Source of the DNA: Lama guanicoe
Taxonomy: Eukaryota
Length of the DNA: 64,000 bases
NCBI GenBank assembly: GCA_013239625.1
Contig: MU054001.1
Location: forward strand, 4,070,167 to 4,134,166
Reading direction: 5' to 3'
Shown: positions 60,150 to 64,000 of the stretch, piece after piece
Layout: the number at the start of each line of letters is the position of its first letter
Position numbering within the stretch: the stretch's first letter is position 1
Position numbers and translations under genes: made by a program
Notes under the pieces: generated by a model
Seen by the model: the letters and a program-made list of their open reading frames with translations, nothing else
The model's database searches: none
Told to the model about the DNA's origin: nothing

Positions 60150-60720
60150 AGGGGCCAACGGGAGGCTGTGGCCAGTGCTGCCAGCCGCCTGGTCCCCCAC
60201 CCTCGTCGCCCTCCCCCGCAGCCCAGCGGCTCAGTGGGCCGTCCCAGCAGCCAGCAGCAGCGCGGGCACCGGGGCCGGCACGGTGGGCATGGCCGGGCAC
60301 CGCGGGCTGGCTGCCTTATCGCGCCGGACAGAACAAACAGCGTGGGGCCTGACACGGGCCCTCCCCGTGGCCGCAGCAGGGCAGCCGGCTTTTTTTTCCC
60401 TGACCATCTTTGAGCTCGAGATCAGACACAGGGAAAGATTAAAACAAATATGAATTTAATCAAGGGATTCTGCTATCCTGGGGTGGAAACAGGAGCCTGC
60501 TGACATAAAGAGAGGCTGGAGCGCTGGGGAGCCAGAGTCGAATCAAAGCCGCTTGCTTACCACTAACCGCTCAGATGATCCATATCATAACAACAAAAAA
60601 GAAAAACAATTATTTATTCTTTTTGATGTTGCAGCTCAGCAGCAACTTGCTTTTTGAAGAGAGCAAGGTCAAAACCAAGTTATTGTTTTTGCCTGAAACT
60701 TTGACAGGAACTCCGAGTTC
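60150..60720. promoter_or_regulatory. CpG-rich patch plus adjacent AT-rich motif block (candidate enhancer)
   Basis: CpG-dense 60150-60390; ATCAAAG 60542, AACAAT 60605, CAAGGTCA 60664, TGACAG 60702. Confidence 0.55.
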
Positions 60721-61194
60721 TTCCGTGTGACCTACTTAGATGAGGGATGTGGGAAACTTGGAGATGTTCATTTCTTCTGGGCCACGGATTAGGGCTTCCT
60801 TTCTTCTCCCGCCCTCCCTCCCTCCTCCTTGCCATCTCTCACCATCCTGCGCACCCCTCTTTTCCCGTTATGGACCTGAATAAGATGGCATGGGGAACAC
60901 AAAGGCTGCCAAGTGAAAGTTCTGTCTAGAACTAGAGCCGAGCTCTCCAGACGCTCTCCTCCAGGCCAGGCCCAAGAAGTCACCCTTCTGCTCCCCAAGT
61001 CACTCTCAGACACTGCTACGCACCCCCGCAGGCCAGGGATACAGCCAGAAACAGATCAGAAGCGGCCCAAACAGCATTTACCTTTCATGAGAGCAATGTG
61101 ATTAAATAAGGTTCAAATTCAGGGGATCTATGTAACCACAGGGGTTCATGAGAAAACAGGCTCCCATAATCCAGACCAGGCATCCAGAGGCATC

Positions 61195-61820
61195 CGCTCT
61201 GTGGAAGTGGCATTTAAGCTAAAGCTAAAGGATGATTCAGGGTCAGTCAGGGGAAGAGGGGGCACATATCAGGGCAGAGAGAAAGCCTGGTTTAAGCCAG
61301 CAGCTAAAAGAAAGCGAGTTTAAGGAACTGAAGGCAGTTCTGCCCTGTGGGAGTCAGGGTGCATGGAGCCTGAAGGTTGGACTGTGACCAGCTCCCATGG
61401 GGCCTTTGTTAGGCCACAGCAAGGAGTTTGAGTTTTCTCTTCATCAAGATGCGGAGCCACAGCCGAGGACTTCCGGCAGGGAGCTAAGTGGCCAAGGTTG
61501 CTTCAGAAGGAGAGGTTGCAGGGTTGCGAGACTGGAGGTGAGAGCGGATGCTGGCAGGGGCCTGAGAGGTGTCAGGGGAGATGGAGAGAAGTGTGGAAAG
61601 CTTTGGGAAGGATGCACAAGAGGACCAAAACCAGACCCTGTGTGGACAAGGGAGAGAGGGGTTCGTGCCAGTGTCTGTCTTCGCTGCCTGAGAGGAGGCA
61701 TGCTAGGCAAGGAGGTTGGGGGATGATAAGTTACATTTTGAGTTTGAGGGTCCAGGTGGAGACCTCTGGTTGGATGCATGGGTCTGGGGCTCAGGAGACA
61801 GGTGACTGGGCATGCAGATT
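61195..61820 (-). mobile_element. L2 LINE fragment
   Basis: ggaagtggcatttaagct...gggcctttgttaggccacagcaaggagtttgagttt...ggtctggggctcaggagac. Confidence 0.65.
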
Positions 61821-61835
61821 TAAGAGGACACAGCA

Positions 61836-62038
61836 ATTACTATATACAGAATAGATAAACAACAAGGTCCTACTGTGTAGCACAGGGAACTATATTCAAT
61901 AGCTTCAGATAGCCTATAATGAAAAAGAATATGAAAAGAATATATATAACTATATGTGTATAACTGAATGCTGTACACCAGAAATTAACATAACATTGTG
62001 TGTTATATAAATCTATTATACCTCAATTAAAAAAAAAA
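61836..62038 (+). mobile_element. 5'-truncated cetartiodactyl-type L1 3' end
   Basis: aatagataaacaacaaggtcctactgtgtagcacagggaactatattcaa plus poly(A); TSD AAGAGGAC(ACA/GTG)GCA. Confidence 0.9.
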
Positions 62039-62264
62039 AAGAGGACGTGGCACCTGTAGACCCCACTGTCTCTATCTTCCCTTCAGCCCTTAGCTGATGC
62101 CTCCTTGGATCTGGATTTTCACATTGATTCCTTGACCAATGTTGAAACCCTGGGGAGCCCTTCATACTGTGCCAAGCCCTGGGGGAGTGGGGAAAGGTAC
62201 AATCAGACACAGTTCTAATGCCAACAGATTCATCTCGATCAGAAGCCAAGAGGAGGGACACACT

Positions 62265-62705
62265 GTGTCCCAGAATGGGTTCCCCCAAAGCAGAGCCTGA
62301 GATAAGACTTATCAGGGAAGCAGGTTATCAGGGAAGTGGTCCCGGGAAGCACCAGTAGGGACGTGGGGAAGTGAGCAAGAGAAGGCAGCCAATACAGGAT
62401 AGGTTACTGAGCAGGTGATCACTGTGAGTGAAAGGAGTTCACTCCCAACCAGACTCCTGGGACCTGCCTGAGGGTGACCCACCCAAAGGATGATAAAGCT
62501 GAGAGATTCATCCCATTTCCCAGCAGTCCTCCACGAAAGGGGCTACTCCTGGGACACTCCAGGCCTGTCCCACATGGGGCTGTCACCCTCCTGCATTCAG
62601 AGAACCAGCTCAGAGAGTTGCACAGTTCTTTGGTGAGAAGCCAGCGTTGGGAGCTGGGAATGGCCAAGGCATCTGGGCAGGGCACCCACCATGTCTGCTG
62701 TATGG
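62265..62705 (-). mobile_element. Ancient ERVL-type LTR (LTR16/33-like)
   Basis: tgtcccagaatgggttcccccaaagcagagcctgagataagactt...ggaagtggtcccgggaagcaccagtaggg. Confidence 0.7.
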
Positions 62706-63199
62706 AGCAAATCACCCAAATCAGTGAGTTCCCAATAAATGAATGGATTTTCACTATTAAAAAAAAAGAATATTTTCTCCAAACTCCCCAACCACAAGAA
62801 GGAAACATCCGAGGGAATGAGAAAAAGCAAGAAATAAACATAATATGACCCTATTCCCACCCCATCAAGGACCAGACAGAAGCCCAGAGACATATCGGGA
62901 AATATTCCAGAGAAACACCTCCATGTCCAGAGAACCGCAAAATGGTGTCATTGAAAATATTAAGGATGTTCATTCCATTTCTTGCTTGAGGGAAACAAGT
63001 AAGGTTGCTTTCAACGAAGGAGTAGGATGCTGGGGGAGAAGGAGGTCCGCAAGCTGGTGGGGGTCCCTGGAGCCTGGCCTGTTGGACACTTCACTCTCTG
63101 CTGGCAACTTGCCAGCAGCCCCCATAGCAGACCTTACCATTTCCACACCAGCTGGCACAACTTGCAACTTCTAGCCCTTGTACCTCTTCCTCTGCCCTG

Positions 63200-63705
63200 T
63201 CCGGAAGTGCCCGAGAATTACTATACCCAAGGGAACAGCCCAAACCAACAATGGACAGGGAACTGGTGGGTGGGCACCCCAGCCCTTTGCCCCGATGGGG
63301 TAATGCAGAGGCCTGTGCTTCACACCACTTCCGGCAGTCCCAGTGGTACCCAGCTCCAAGGGCTCATTGTCGCAGCTGGCTTGATTATATGCCCTCTCCC
63401 TGCCATCTGGAGTGCTGAACTCAGCTCAGACCAGCTCATAAGAACCCTTTCTCCTCATCTCTTCCCAGCTCCTCATTCAGTTGCACCACACCAGTAGCTT
63501 GAAGTCAACTACAGTGGGAACCTTTACACCATGAAAATTGGCAGACACTAGAAATCAGGGTGTTTTTGTTTTTGTTTTTTTTTCCAAAGAGCCAGTTTAC
63601 CAGCTCAGCACTGCTCATTTTCCTACTCCCCTGTAAGTGTTTCTTGGCATCACCTCCCAAGTAAATTAACCTTGCTCAGTATTTGCTTCTGGTGAAACAA
63701 AAAGG
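63200..63705 (+). mobile_element. LTR16-like LTR split by MER63
   Basis: gggaacagcccaaaccaacaatg...ccccagccctttgcccc...|...catcacctcccaagtaaattaac...tttgcttctgg. Confidence 0.6.
63408..63613. mobile_element. MER63-like hAT fossil
   Basis: catctcttcccagctcc...gtagcttgaagtc...gtgggaacctttacaccatgaaaattggcagacactagaaatcaggg...agagccagtttaccagc. Confidence 0.8.
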
Positions 63706-63960
63706 AAATCAGCTCCCCTGAGTCTGGAGACCAAGAACAGTCACCTAGCTCACAGGGTGGTGTCACAGAGACAGCAGCAGGCCCTTTTCTAGTCCTTACA
63801 TTTCTACTCCAGCCTCCCCTCCTCCAGGCCCTCCTTCCCCCCTACATACTCAGCACAGCCACATACATCCCCCACCCTCCCCAAGACCCTCAATGGACAT
63901 CTATTGTTTATAGCCACTCAATAACCATTCTCTTTCTGTTGTTGACATCACCTTGATTGG

Positions 63961-64000
63961 CTTTTTTTGTTTTGGGGGGTTAATTAGGTTTATTTATTTA
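63961..64000 (-). mobile_element. Tail of a camelid SINE (cut by the window end)
   Basis: ggggggttaattaggtttatttattta matches the tails of the 10499 and 29263 copies. Confidence 0.7.

Noticed and set aside
60008..60453. Overlapping ORFs over the CpG-rich patch
   Set aside because: GC-driven open frames with no recognisable protein features.
1..64000. Naming the neighbouring or host gene
   Set aside because: No exon or other diagnostic sequence that I recognise; it needs alignment to an annotated genome.

Overview
Mammalian, gene-poor (intergenic or deep intronic) DNA. Six tRNA-headed SINEs resemble the camelid Vic-1 family, and the short L1 3' ends are of the cetartiodactyl type, so the source is probably a camelid (inference from remembered consensus sequences, not a database search). 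I find no supportable host protein-coding exon, RNA gene or CRISPR array. The only recognisable peptides are decayed retroelement remnants: L1 ORF1/ORF2 and a ~5 kb ERV-L provirus at 34.5-39.7 kb (gag, protease, RT, RNase H, integrase, dUTPase, 3' LTR16-type LTR). Much of the window is MIR, L2, L1, MaLR/ERVL/ERV1 LTRs and hAT fossils. Between the repeats lie an orphan CpG island with an assembly gap (~8.1-8.6 kb), a second CpG-rich patch (~60.2 kb) and about ten repeat-free blocks rich in TCF/LEF, HOX/PBX/MEIS, POU and FOX motifs, plus two CTCF-like sites. The best hypothesis is an enhancer landscape, possibly Wnt-responsive, for a developmental gene outside the window. I cannot claim a novel biological system from the sequence alone. 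Repeat subfamily names and most boundaries are approximate.
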